Program-made: the position numbers and the translations under genes
Origin: Octopus vulgaris
Taxonomy: Eukaryota
DNA length: 64,000 nt
Direction: 5' to 3'
NCBI GenBank assembly: GCA_951406725.2
Contig: OX597814.1
Span: 90,644,001 to 90,708,000 of the forward strand
The notes under the pieces: generated by a model
What the model was told of the DNA's origin: nothing
The model's database searches: none
What the model saw: only the letters and a program-made list of their open reading frames with translations
Shown: positions 50,791 through 64,000 of the stretch, one piece after another
How positions within the stretch are numbered: the stretch's first letter is position 1
Layout of the letters: every line of letters begins with the position of its first letter

Positions 50791-52023
50791 CGTGAACTAA
50801 AACAACAGCAGCAACAACAAAAATAATAACAATAATCACTACTACATCGGCGTATTTAATTACAGACAAAACAACGGTACAAGAAGCAAAATCAACAATA
50901 GCGACAGTAGCAAGCATAACAACTTCAGTAAGGAAATAATCATAACGACAACAAAGCAATGGGGAAACGCATCACGAGCAGCAATTCTTTTGCTGTGAAG
51001 GTGATGCCATAAGCAAAGTACCTCTCGCTAAACGAGGAAGGAACACGTTTGATACAAGAGAAGCAGCTTGTAAAAGTGAATTGGAGGAGATCACCGGCCA
51101 TTCTAGCATACGTTTTGGGAGCAACTGCAAAGAGGTTTGTAGTTCATTGGCGTACGTCGGCAAAATGTGGAAGCAGTGACACACGCTGTGTTGGAAGCAG
51201 CTTCGTGGTCAAAGTAGATTATGTACTCCAAGTAAGTCAGGTCGAGAGAGTGAAGGTTTTCTTTAAGGTAAAACCCTTCGCACTGTAGAACACCAGAGTT
51301 CCCAATTTGTTTTGATAGTGAATTAATCGCGGGGGAGTGAGGGTGGCCACAACCTTGTGGAAAGTATGGATGACGATGAAAATAAACTGGCTAGACATTT
51401 TCAAAATAGTTTTGATTAGGGACCGCCGGTAATTTCTTGAAATAACTACCCTGTTATTGCTATTGCGGCGCATTACCGGTTCCAATTAAACTCAACATTC
51501 ATGTATATTTAATAGACCGAAGAACAAAAGTACGCAAGTAGGCCGACAATTAGGAGTATGTAAGGAGAAATTACCCTGCAACTCTTGGTGAGCAAGGTGA
51601 TTCTGTGTCTGTCGGGTTCGTTTGTCCCACCTGGAGACATCTCTTCTTCCGTAGAAATGTTGTTACTATAAATTTCCCGATAAATGTTATTACTTAGCAT
51701 TTACCTGGGTTCGAATAATTACACTCTATCCTTTTATTTCTGTTGCCCTCGAAGGAGCCTCAAATACACATCCGAGTATTTGTGTTTCATGTCGCAATAG
51801 GGTTAACTTTTGATTTTCGTCTATTCTACTTTGATATACACGGGGTTTATATGAACTAAAACAACAGCAGCAAGAAGATAAACAGCAACAATAATCACGA
51901 CTGCATCGGCGTTTTTAATTACAGACACACCAACGATTCAAGCAGCAACATCAACAATAGCGACAGTAGCAAGCATAACAACTTCAGTAAGGAAATAATC
52001 ATAACGATAACAAAGTACTGGGA
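50791..52023 (+). repeat. ~170-bp dispersed direct repeat (50791-50965 and 51851-52023)
   Basis: Both copies share tgaactaaaacaacagcagcaa...tcaacaatagcgacagtagcaagcataacaacttcagtaaggaaataatcataacga. Confidence 0.9.
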
Positions 52024-52896
52024 AGGACTTTGTAATTGTTTAAGAAACAATCCTTCCCATTATTGATCTTCTTCATCTTATCGTTATTATCAATACGCCA
52101 ATTTGTGTTTTCTACGTATCCGACGCGTGTGTCACGTTTAAGGGAAAGTATTTTTTGAAAAAAAAAGTTTAACTAGATCTCTTGTAATTTCTACAATATA
52201 TTTGAAAGTACGACCTTTGTGTTGCATTACTACTTCTCAAAACCAATGCCTACCGGTCCACCGAAGCACCAACGATCTTAATGGGAAAATTAAGATACTT
52301 AAATTTGACGCGTGCGCCGAGTAAGGAAGAGGAGGAAGTGAGAAACAAAGAGCGCTAGAGAATGAGTGGGAGTGTTTGAATTCCTTTGAATTCCTTTCTA
52401 CGATTGAACTAAAATTAACACCTGGCTATTAAAAGTCCAACTACACACACCCATTTGAATTTCGCCATACACCAGATAACATGTTAAGCTTTATGTTCCG
52501 AAATTTAAATATTATACTTGTTTTAATCATAAAATTACACATCAGCTAAAAAAAAAATATATATATTTTGGCTTTCGAATATAACCTTTTCTTTCTCTTT
52601 CTATACTGTTGTTAAGTTACAATTTCTCCGTTCTACTCAGGATTTTTCCAATTTCTTTTTCTTTGAATCAAGTAATGGATGAAAGCATTATAAAAATTAA
52701 ATTCATAGAACCGAACAAAATCAAAAATATTCTATTTTTTCCCTTTCTTTAATACTTACAAGAGTATGAGAGAGATTTGGCTGTTATTTCTAGCAAATTG
52801 AACAACCGCACAGAGTTGCTCAATTTACTCATTTGTTGATATGTATAAGAAAACAAAAACTAAAAGATACATACACACACATACACTCATACAAAC

Positions 52897-52933
<37 letters not shown>

Positions 52934-52934
52934 T

Positions 52935-53130
52935 GTGTCTGTGTTTATCCCCCCCACCGCCATTGCTTGACAACCGATGTTGCTGTAACTTAGCTGTTCA
53001 ACACAAGAGACTGATAGAAGTATCACAAAGTTTACAGGGAATAAGTCCAGGGGTCAATATATTCGACTAAAGGGTGGTGCTCGAAAATGGCCACCGTCAG
53101 ATGTCTGAAACAAGTAAAAGAATGAAAGAA
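52935..53130 (+). mobile_element. SINE family A, 3' half
   Basis: Contains gtgtttatccccccc..gcttgacaaccgatg..ctgaaacaagtaaaag. Confidence 0.85.
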
Positions 53131-53299
53131 TACGAGAAAAACGTCCCGTACCACGAAACCAAGAGGATTCTCTGAATATGTACAATGTATTTTTAGACCA
53201 AATAGTAATTCTGTTTACATTTGAGTAACTGAGATATTTTGGTTGGATTATGTAGTTAACGGTTTTACCCTTCTTTGTATATTCTGTAATAGGCGCAAT

Positions 53300-53516
53300 T
53301 ATACTTCTCTAGTATAGGATCAAGTCCTGAAATTTTGCGGGGAGAGGGCCGTTCAAATATACTGACACCAGTACGCAACTGGTACTTAATTTATCGATAT
53401 CGAAAGGATGAAAAGCAAAGTCGACCTCGACAGTATTTGAAATCAGAACGTAAAGACAGACAAAATATTGCTAAGCATTTCGCCCGGCGTGCTAACAATT
53501 CTTCCAGCTCGCTGCC
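53300..53516 (-). mobile_element. SINE family B
   Basis: Reverse-complement match to 15484-15712. Confidence 0.85.
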
Positions 53517-53659
53517 TTTAACTATCACAATAGAGAAACATTTTTCATTGTACAAGCACACAATTTATAGATGCTTACATTGCTTATATTTTCCGTGAAC
53601 TTCTCACGGGTCCAGCTAGTTATAGTTATTATTATAACGTTGTTATATGCTACTTTAGT

Positions 53660-54535
53660 TAGTAGGGACCTTGTAGTGAGGTTTAGAGACTATAAGTCGC
53701 CTCAAAATCTCAAGGGTCGTTCATAGGATTCTTGGAGCATATAGTGCTGCCTTTCTGCAGGTTGCTAGTACCTATCACAGTATTAATATCTTTCAAACTC
53801 AACGGGAACAGTTTCGGTGTTGTGCCAAGTACACTGGAATAATTGCCATCTTTGTTTTCCACAATCTCTTCATCACTCTGTGTATATTATGATAATTTCT
53901 ATTTTCTCAGTTTCTTTGGATCCACTTTATGATCATACAATATTGCAATTCTATGATCTAACACTATTTATTTTTCTGCGCAATACAATCATATCTGGTG
54001 TATTTGCTTCAATAATCTATAATATTTATAGAGAAATACCACAAAATTCTATCGTTTTACTCCATTACAGACTCTGGCTTGTGTTCTTTCTACTTTTCTG
54101 TTACTCTGAATGCACACATTAACTGGAATGTCGCACACTCTTTTACCTACGCGACCATGCATGCGCTTATACGTTTTTTGCTAACTGACTACATTCTGTA
54201 ACATGATTGTTAAGATATTTGTTTTTTCAGAATATTTCTGTATGGATGCTAAGCCAGGGATCATTCTTAAATAATATTGAGTTCCTTTTTTGCTCAATCC
54301 AAGTGCTCTTACAATCACTGGTATTGTTACCGCCTTAAGATGCCATCAGTTTTCGATCTCAACGAGTAAATCCTCATGTTTGCCGAGCTTGTCAAATTCT
54401 TTTGCCGAGATATTATGATCATAAGCAATACTCATGTCGATCAATAATCAGACTTTATTATTTTGGTCTTTCACAACGTCATCTGGTTTATTGAATTTGA
54501 TGGTTATCTCTGTATGTACTGGAAATTACAAGAGC
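53660..54535 (-). mobile_element. Two adjacent R4/Dong RLE fragments
   Basis: 54240-54535 is closely similar to 7870-8170. 53700-54200 is an older fragment reading LQKGSTICSK, PDMI and WEP-like. Confidence 0.75.
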
Positions 54536-55170
54536 AAGTTTTCTCTTTTTTTTTATTAACCACAACAATGTTTTATTGATGATCATGTGATCCTTGATAC
54601 CCTGAGAACGCTTCGTACATACCTTTTGCTCCCTTGGTAGTATTTCTTCGTGTGTCAGAAAAGCTAAAATATGAACGAAAATAACCAGCGCTCTTCGTAT
54701 TGTTTATTCACTTTTGTAAAGAGTTACGTCAATCCTTTTAAAATATCAAACTCAAGTACATTGAAATGATCCATTTTATGTTACACCGAATAAGAAATGG
54801 GACATTTGGAAATTCTGGGAATTACTCAAACAATCGGGTGTCTTAGGAAGATCGTAATTTAAATTATAGCTTTTGCCCATCATTCCTTCTTACAATTGGC
54901 TTGTCAGCCCTGTTAGTTTCGCTAGACCCCAGTGCGGAGCCTAATCGTAGGCCAATGAATTTTACAACGTATGGACGCTAGTTGCTCTCGTTCAGATTTT
55001 GGCTTTGAATTTCTATATAAATTTGAATTTTTATGACTTTTCATATTGAACTCGACAAAGAGACGCTTGCTGTCGAAATATCGTTCAGCCAATCAAATAT
55101 CTATTGCAATCGCATCGCCCTCTTCGTATTGTCTATTTACTTTTGTGAAGAATTACTTCAAGCCTTTTAA

Positions 55171-55222
55171 ATTATTATTATTATTATTATCATCATCATT
55201 ATTATTATTATTATTATTGTTG

Positions 55223-55297
<75 letters not shown>
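55171..55297. repeat. (TTA)n microsatellite at the 3' end of the Dong copy
   Basis: Direct reading. Confidence 0.95.
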
Positions 55298-55298
<1 letters not shown>

Positions 55299-58200
55299 AC
55301 TCAAAAGATTAGACTATTTGAAAAGAAAAGAATCATAACATCGGGCCACAACAAGTTGCTTTAGATACCAAGAACACTGCTATCGGGTTACAGCAAGTAA
55401 AACTTAGATGCCAAGAACCCTCCCAATTATCGTAGCTGTCCATAGTAACACTGTTCTCTGCAGCTGTACTGAACTGGGTCTTATGCCTATTTCCTCTATC
55501 CATCTGTTCAGATCTTTAGGGACAGTTCCCAATGTCCCTATAACTACTGGGATACATTCTACCCGGAATTTCCATAGTCTCTGTAATTCAATAGCTAAGT
55601 CCTACTACTTTGCTATTTGTTTCTATACTCATATTTCTTTTTCATCATTTCGGACTGTAAATTCAATTATCTGGCACTTTCTACTGTCTTTATCTACTAC
55701 CACCAAATCAGATCTTCTAGCTTCTATTACTCTGTCAGTCTGGTCCCACAACATCTCGTATTTCTTACTTTCTAGGACTTTACTAGATTCATGTTCATAC
55801 CATTTATCCATGGGTCTAAATCCTAGCTTTCTACAAAGCACCCAGCGTATTGCTCTCCTTAGATTGTCATGTGTTTTCTTGTATTCTTTCTGTGGAGGTA
55901 CGCTACATTCACTTACTATATGAGTAACGCACTCCTTTTTTGATTTGCATAATCTACATTGGGAATCTTCTTGGATTTTGTCTATTTTGGATTTAATTAT
56001 CATTAATGCTTTATCTTGTGCATCTACTAACAAACTTTCTTCTGCCTCTTCAGCTTTCCCCTCTGCACCATAACCATGTCTCACTACTACTATTTGCAGA
56101 AACTATCTTGGGGAATCTACAATGCAACGCCTTCTTCTGCCGGTCAGATAATTTCCGTTCTTTTTCCTGGTTTTTATGTTCGTTTGTTGTTTTGGTTCCC
56201 CTATATTTTGCTACGACTCTAACAGCTTTTAACACACTTTCTTCACTGTTATCTACATAGGAGTCTATATCTGCTCTAGCTAACTCGACGCAGTTTCCCA
56301 TTGATATTAACCCTCTTATACCTTCCTTTCTAGGTAGGTATAATCTTGATACTCCTGTCCTTGGGTGGAGTCCTCCATTCATATTGAATTTCTTCCCAGT
56401 TCTTTTGTCTATCTTTGCCTATTCAGTTTTTGTCTAGACTACAAAAGCTGCTGAGTATCTGGGTAATGACACAGCCTAAGGATTTACAGCCTTCACTGGA
56501 TTCAGGCCATTTAGATTTGACTTCATTAGCTTCCTTACCCTTCTGATTTCGTTTTTGTTTCTGTTGTAAAATTCTGTAATCAAATACTCCTAGATACTTA
56601 TAACTCTCTCCTCCTTTTTATGATTTTAATGTATGCCTATCTCGTAATTGGATACCTTCGCTGTTGACTACATGTTCCCTTCTCATGACTAATATTGCAC
56701 ACTTATCTACGCTAAATGCCATACCTATATCTTTCCTGATATAACAGTCTCCATTAAGGAATTTGTCTCTTTTTCATTCTTAGAACAAATGATTAATTTT
56801 TCTATGAGTATTTCTGAACTGATACCTTGCCTTTGCTTTCCTTAATTCTACACTGAGGGAAATCAAACAAAACAAATATTAAAGGGGGCGACAAGTCCCC
56901 TTGAAATTCCTATTTCGATATTAACTTTCCCTAAGAGTGCCCATATGCTGTCAGGTCCGTCCTCCACTTCGCCATACCTTTCCCAAGCAATCGCCCAACA
57001 TTCGATGCAATACCAAATAGATTCATACATTCAATAACACAAGAATGTGGGATCATATCGTACGCCTTACGATAATCCATCTGTGACATGGCTCTGCTAG
57101 GAGTTGATCCTTGGTACCTCTATACTTACACTTGAAACCCTTCTGCTCATGTGTCAGGACTCCATTTTTTCCAGATGTCCGTTCATCTCAGTTAATAATT
57201 CCAGTTAATAATTCTCATCTGCTTGGTGAGCAGGATATCGGCCTGTAATTGTCTACCGTGTTGCCTTTTCGATGTTTTTCAACGACAACACTGTCTTACC
57301 CATTGTCAACCACTCTGGTGTTACTTGGTCGGAATTTAACAAGGTGTTGAGTTGTGCAGCTATTCGTGCATGACATTCACTAAATCTTTTGATCCAGTAG
57401 CCTTGGATCTGGTCCCAGGGCCTTCCAGTTACTCATTTTTGTGCAGATTTCCTTCAATTCCCTAATTGAAATCACCAATTCTGCCTGGTTTGGACAGACT
57501 ACTGTTTGTTTCAGTTGTTGCAACTATCCAGTATCCTTCTTGTGCTTCTTGTCTTTGCTCCAGATATCCCTCCAAACCTTTGACTTTCAACGTTATCAGC
57601 TATCGACTTTTTATCTGTACACTCTTCATTTATTTCATTGTAGAATCGCTTCTGATCTACTCTGATTAACATATTCTGTTGATATCCCATCATTCTCTGG
57701 GTTTATCTAACCATCTGTGCTTCCTTTGCAACGGGGCGCTGTTTCAGTTCCTCCATTATCCCTTTTAGGCCCTGTCTTTCAATATTATACTTCCTGTTCA
57801 GCGCCCGGTAATTTTGTCCACTTTTAACCTCCCCCTTTTCTTTTGGGTCTAACACAGAAATGTCCTTCGAGAGCATATTCTTCTTTTCCACCATGGATCT
57901 TTTCTGTCTTTACTCCCATTATATTTCTTTTTCTTGACATCAACACCCACATTTTCCGCTACAACAATACTTGCTGCGTCGAACAAATTATTTGTTTCTG
58001 TGATGTTTTTCGTCTGATGTATTTCAGAATTTCATTTCGTTTCATGGTTCAATTTCCACCAATCAACCTTTTGAAGTTTGCAAATAATGTCACTATCATT
58101 TTCCTGTAGTCTTACCTTTCTTCTGTCTAGATTGCCTTTTGCCCATCTGTCATGTCACCATCAGTTTTGATAATATCTTCTTCCAAACCATCTATGTGTC

Positions 58201-58700
58201 TCTCATCGAGCAAGCTATCAACGTTCCTTTCCTGTGGTTTATTATAGATTTCACCTCTGTTTTCGGCTACGCGATTACTTTTATCAGTAGGAACTGTATT
58301 TTCATTGTTTCCTCTGCTGCTGTTTCCTAATGCCCGTCTTTTCATAGCTTCGAACTCTACTCATGTGAAACAACAAGTTTTTCTTATTACTCTAGCTTGG
58401 TAATATAATCTCTGTTCTATGAAATGAAACAATGCTCTTTCTCTCCATTGATCATACGTTGTCGATATCTGCTAAGATGAACTCCATTTTCGTCTACAGG
58501 GTTGCTCAGGTAGTAATACTCCATGACCATAGCATTGATTCGTTTGTTCTATCTGCGCCGTGTGTGGTGGTCCCTTGCTGGATAATGATAGGCTGGTGTC
58601 GGACCAGTATCTCTGAGCCTGCCGGGTGTAACAATGTCTCCATCAAGGGCTTCAGTTTCATTATTATCAGTATTTCACAATATTATTTTAAAATTTTCAC
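55298..58700 (-). mobile_element. Near full-length but disrupted R4/Dong-type retrotransposon
   Basis: Minus-strand motifs in order: N-terminal region, [93 protein letters not shown]. The 3' end abuts (TAA)n. Confidence 0.9.
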
Positions 58701-59299
58701 TTATATGAGGTAGCGGTTATCAGGTTGCACAATTACCAATGTTTTCATTGGGACACCATCACGAGATGTATCATCAATCAAAGCATAGTAAGATTCCAAC
58801 CGCTTCCTTGCATTATTATTATGATCACCGATATTATTATTTTCATTTTATACTACTGTTTGTCATCGTTAATATTTCCTCTGATCTGACATTAGTTTTG
58901 GCTAAATTATCATCATTACCACCATCAACATTATTACCATCATTATTATTTCCATTTATTATTAAAAGGTATTATCGAATATTGTTTCGTCTCAACTTTT
59001 GTCTTGTACTTGAGATGATCATAAATATGTGTGTATTCAAAGGAATAGTGGAAGCAAGAGAGACAGCTTGATGGATAGATTAAATTCCACAGGTTTGTAA
59101 ATAGAATCGGCAGATGGGGAAGAGATCAGTAATGGGCATTACTGTGGGATAAGCCGACAAAAGTAGCCTCACATCCTTGGGGTCAGCAGAGGGCAAATGT
59201 GTTTATTACTGCAAGCGATCATTGAGAGCCGTGACTTTGGCCTTGAAAAGAACCGATTTACCTTGTTTTATTTTTAATTACTGATGGAAAAAAATGATT

Positions 59300-59383
<84 letters not shown>

Positions 59384-59396
59384 CCTTATTATTATC

Positions 59397-59486
<90 letters not shown>

Positions 59487-59739
59487 TTATATAACTGTTC
59501 AACATTCGATATTATTATTATTACTCTTATTATTTACTTTTAATCTGCATGTTTGTTACAATCACTCGCCGAAACATACTCAGCGTCCTAGGGTGGGTGA
59601 AAGATAAGACATGTTACAGTGTGACTGAAAGACTGGGGAGGGGATGTGGCAGGGGCAGTAGCGAAATACCTTCATGTAATACAACACAGACATTTAAATT
59701 GATAGGGCTTTTCAAGGTATATGGGCAGTACATGTCAAC

Positions 59740-59870
59740 ACAATCTCCGAAGATATTATCTAGATGTTTCTTATATCCCTTTCTTATCATATTTGGAGCA
59801 CCCGCAATAACAGGAACAGTACTCGCTTTAAGACGCTACTTTCTGTATTTCTATTTCCAGGTCCTTATAT
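59740..59870 (-). mobile_element. R4/Dong 3' fragment
   Basis: The minus strand reads [22 protein letters not shown]. It lies between TTA-rich tracts. Confidence 0.7.
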
Positions 59871-60199
59871 TTATCATCATCATTAATATTATTATTATTC
59901 GCTGCCGCTATGTCATTATTATTATTTTATAATTGTTCAATATTTGGTATTACTATTATTGTTATTATTGTTGTTGTTATTATCAGTACTATTATTAATC
60001 ATTTCATTATATGTAGACTCTTACGAATTATACCTATCTGTATATTGTCCCCCTCAGCCTCATCATCATCATCATTATTATCATTATTGTTTTTGTTGCT
60101 GTTATGAATCTTTTTCTTCTTCTTCTTATTATTATTATTATCATTATTATTATTATTATTATTACTACTACTACTACTACTACTACTACAACTACTACA

Positions 60200-60275
<76 letters not shown>

Positions 60276-61199
60276 TTATTATTATTATTATACTTATTGT
60301 CATTATTTTTATTATCATTATTTGCTGCTGCCATGTTCGGGTTTTTTTTTCATGCAGCTCGTCGAGAATGGATTGTAACATCTTTCATCTACTTAAGTAC
60401 AATTTTCAGATAGTGAATAGTCGATCCTTTTACACTCTGGAGACTATTATATCATGTTCAGATGGAAAACGCAGTTTTATGTTGCAAGAGAAATTTTCAC
60501 ATTTCAGTCATGTTTAGGTATGTTGTTTTATATGACGATGCAGCGGGATAAATCAATTTAAGACAAACATTGCTTGAAATAATTTTACACCGAGAAAAAA
60601 ATATCCTCAATCAGTTTATTTGCAATCGCATCCTAGGAGATATATTAATATTTCTTTAGGGAATAATAATCTTGAGAATTGTTTTAAGGGTTTGTTACAA
60701 TCAGACAACCAAAAAATCAATATAAGCACACATACAACGTATAGATAAAAGTTTGAGTGGCGGACGAATTCTGTCGTTTGGAATCATATCTTCCAGCATT
60801 TAGACAAAAGGGAGACACGTGTTTACTTTACATGACATAACTAAGTACGTCTCTATGAGACTCAGCAAGAAGAATACATCTGAGAACAGAAGTTTTATCT
60901 TTTCCGGCTGTTATTGTATTACGATGCAAACGTTTTAAGACAAGAAAGAGAAGGAAGTATAAAGGGATCAGGTTTTTGCGCACTACAGAATATAGCGAGC
61001 AAGTACGAATGCAACAAAAATTATACCTCAACAGAAGAAAACTGATGGACCCAACTCTTTCTGTATTGAGAGAAAAACTCAGGGAACTACGAAAAGACAT
61101 GACGTATGAGTACAAGAAGCTCACTCTGCTTTTATCGTTTTCTTTTCTTGTTATATCTTTGATTATATATTATTCCATATCCGTGAGAAGCATTGCATT

Positions 61200-62260
61200 T
61201 ATATTTTCTGTTACCGTAAGACTTTCAAGTGACCTCACCCCCATTTCAAGTTACCTTCCGGTAATTTGAAGTCATTTTCAAATTCCCTCTTCAGTGTTCA
61301 CATCACCCACTGTCTGATTTCACTAGAATGATAAATTTTAATGCCTACAACACCTGAAAAGTTTTGTACCATCAAGCTCGTATAGTATTCCTGAATGTAA
61401 GCTAATCTTAAAAATATGAAAACCAGTCCTGGTTTATAAACGTTTGGAATTTTGTATGAAGTCTTTTGCTCTCATGCACTATCATTTTCTCTATTGATTA
61501 TTTGATTTAATTTTAATTCTTTAGTCCCATTTGTATTATTCATGTTCCAAAGGTAATGCTGTCATTTTTGTACTATTTACTACGAGACGCATTTTGTAGA
61601 CCAACAGTGTCGGTTTCATAATAGTTTATAGTTATAAATACTGTATACCAGCTTATATTTGCTGTAAATTTATCAGATATTTATCAGATAAATTCTATCA
61701 GATATTAGACTGATGTAAATATAATTCTATCGGTCATTAGATACTGAATTCTAAATGTAGTCATTATTTTAATGTTTAGTCATGCTAGTTCGCTTAGTGT
61801 CCAATTCGACATTATATAACTGGAAACTATTACTGGAACAAACATTTAAAGGGTTAATATAATGCGGCCAAGATTTTCCTTTCTTAATTTTCTTTCATTT
61901 CTGTCCGTTCTACCTTATATAGTTTATTTATTGCTAAGTATCTGTATGCCTGCAATTGGTCAACGTCTTTTATCTCACTGCCGTTATGTAGCAAGATATT
62001 AATATTCCTATTAAATTTGCTTTTCTTCGAAGATGCTTTGTCGCACGTTTTTAAACCAAATCTCGTAACAATGTCCTGTCTGCTATAGTCTATGAAGTTG
62101 TTTATCGTTTGAAGCATACAAATTGCAATCATTCACATAGGAAATATGGTTGATTATCTAATAGTTATTATAATGTTCAAATCTAGTTCTGTTTTAACTC
62201 GCTGGTTAAAAACGTAAGTGCCAAACATATTAGGAATGGAGAAAGAGAGACTTCTTGAAC
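61200..62260 (-). mobile_element. R4/Dong-like RT remnants, heavily decayed
   Basis: ORF 61884-62132 reads YSRQDIVTRFGLKTC..AYRYLAI..EMKE, paralleling [23 protein letters not shown]. Confidence 0.6.
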
Positions 62261-63228
62261 TATTTCGCTCTTAATGCATATTTTTATTTACTACTAGTAC
62301 CCCCCCACCACCACCACCACTGCCAGATCGCCGCCTAAATCTACTACTAATACTACTACCATCACTAGCCTAATACCCGTCAACTTGATTGGCTCTTTTA
62401 GATCATTGTGTAGATTTTATAAAATTTTGCTCAATGGATTCTAAATGAATGTCGTGCATGCATAGCATAGGATAGTTTATAAGAGCACCTATTAATTTAT
62501 TTGTGTACTTAAGAGGAATATGGAATATGAATTGTCTTGCATAGGGTTGCTAGAATGATAGTTTAATCTGACAGTCCATTAATCAGTTATACACAAGGTT
62601 ACACACACGTAGGAAGGGAGTTCAGCGTCAGTGTATGTGTATAATTCATAAAATCTATGTTCCCAGTGCACACTTTTGCTTCACTCTTGCAATTTATCAA
62701 GGCTATAAATGAGTTCTACTTTCTAATCCTTGCCTGGTTTATAAACGTTTGGAATTTTGTATGAAGGCATTTCCTCTCATGCATTGTCATTTTCTCTATT
62801 GATTATTTGATTAAATTTTAATTGTTTAGTTCCAAAAGGATAAGACAATTGTTATGCTGATGACGTCTATAGAGATAGAAGCATATGTAACTGTTTGTTT
62901 TGTTATCTTCTGTCAATAAACCAGCCATTCTCTTTAATGGTATGTCAGTTTTGAAGAACACTTAATTCTTGAGACCATCTTCCATTCTCATACGGATCTT
63001 TTCTCATTGGGTAGTAATTGTAACACATCCGCTAGGGGCGGACGTAATTTTGATAATTCAAAAGTTTATGTTGCATACTTGCTAATATATGTGTGTTCCA
63101 TTTATACACAGATACACACACACACACACACACATATGTCCTTGTAGACATATACAAAAACGCTTACACAAGTATGGGTACTTGTATGTGAATATATGTG
63201 TATGGGTGAATGTGAGAGCGTGTGTGTA

Positions 63229-63299
<71 letters not shown>

Positions 63300-63589
63300 G
63301 CATCCAACACACACACACATACACATAAACACACACACATATACAGAGAGAGTGAGAGAGAGAGAGATACAGAGAGAGAGAGACGGAGAGAGAGAGACAG
63401 CAATGAAGTTAGAAGTAAGCTTGAAATAAATATGTTTACTTTCGGTACAATGCCTAAGTTTGTTTATCTCCTTTACAACCTCCCTGTCAGCACGATTTAG
63501 ATTTCACGTGTATCCATTCTTGACGGCGGTATTCCGAGTTTATGTCCAAATCATATTGAACACTACTATGTGATTATGAATATATACAT

Positions 63590-63773
63590 AGGCGAATGCT
63601 TAACTGTGTTTTAAGAAGTTTGCTTCCCAACCACATAATTCTGGGTTCAGTCTCACTGAGTGGCATCGTGCGTGAGTGTCTTCTGCAATATCCTGATACC
63701 GACCAAATCGTTGCGAGTAGATTTGGCTGACCGAAACTGAAAGAAGGCCGTCATGTATATATATATATACATA

Positions 63774-63846
<73 letters not shown>

Positions 63847-64000
63847 GTAAATATGTGTGTTTAGAGAGGGAGAGAGAATGAGAGGGTGAGAGAAAAAAGA
63901 GAGAAAGAGAGTGAGATAAATGGATAGATAGAACGACAGATAGATCTATGTCCTTGCCTGTGTTTGTCTCCACCACCACTTGACAACCTGTGTTAGTGTG
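63590..64000 (+). mobile_element. SINE family A with an expanded internal microsatellite (runs off the window end)
   Basis: Head ttcccaaccacataattctgggttcagt. The tail tgtttgtctcc..cttgacaacc follows (TA)n/(GA)n. Confidence 0.8.

Overview
This is AT-rich eukaryotic DNA, dense in repeats and microsatellites. The tRNA-derived SINEs look like octopus SINE families, so the source is probably an octopus genome; this is recognition from memory, not a search result. No host protein-coding gene can be firmly supported. The only long intact ORF (38911-40830) belongs to a 5'-truncated R4/Dong-type non-LTR retrotransposon (RT, CCHC finger, restriction-like endonuclease) inserted in (TAA)n. About ten more decayed copies of this lineage sit at or near trinucleotide tracts, and two ~540-bp non-coding (AAT)n-flanked elements lie in tandem behind the intact copy. 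Also present are a decayed Tx1/L1-type LINE, several very old RNase H-bearing LINE remnants on the minus strand, a solo LTR with a 5-bp TSD, an internally deleted mariner, a Penelope GIY-YIG remnant, and probable Merlin and Gypsy relics. The most interesting structure is a 362-bp-period, partly inverted unit at 11.4-12.1 kb. It carries a minimal hammerhead ribozyme with a compensatory U3:A8 core, which suggests a retrozyme or Penelope pseudo-LTR. There are weak hints of small plus-strand exons and a near-consensus CTCF site. Most short ORFs in the track are microsatellite artefacts. Coordinates of decayed elements are approximate.
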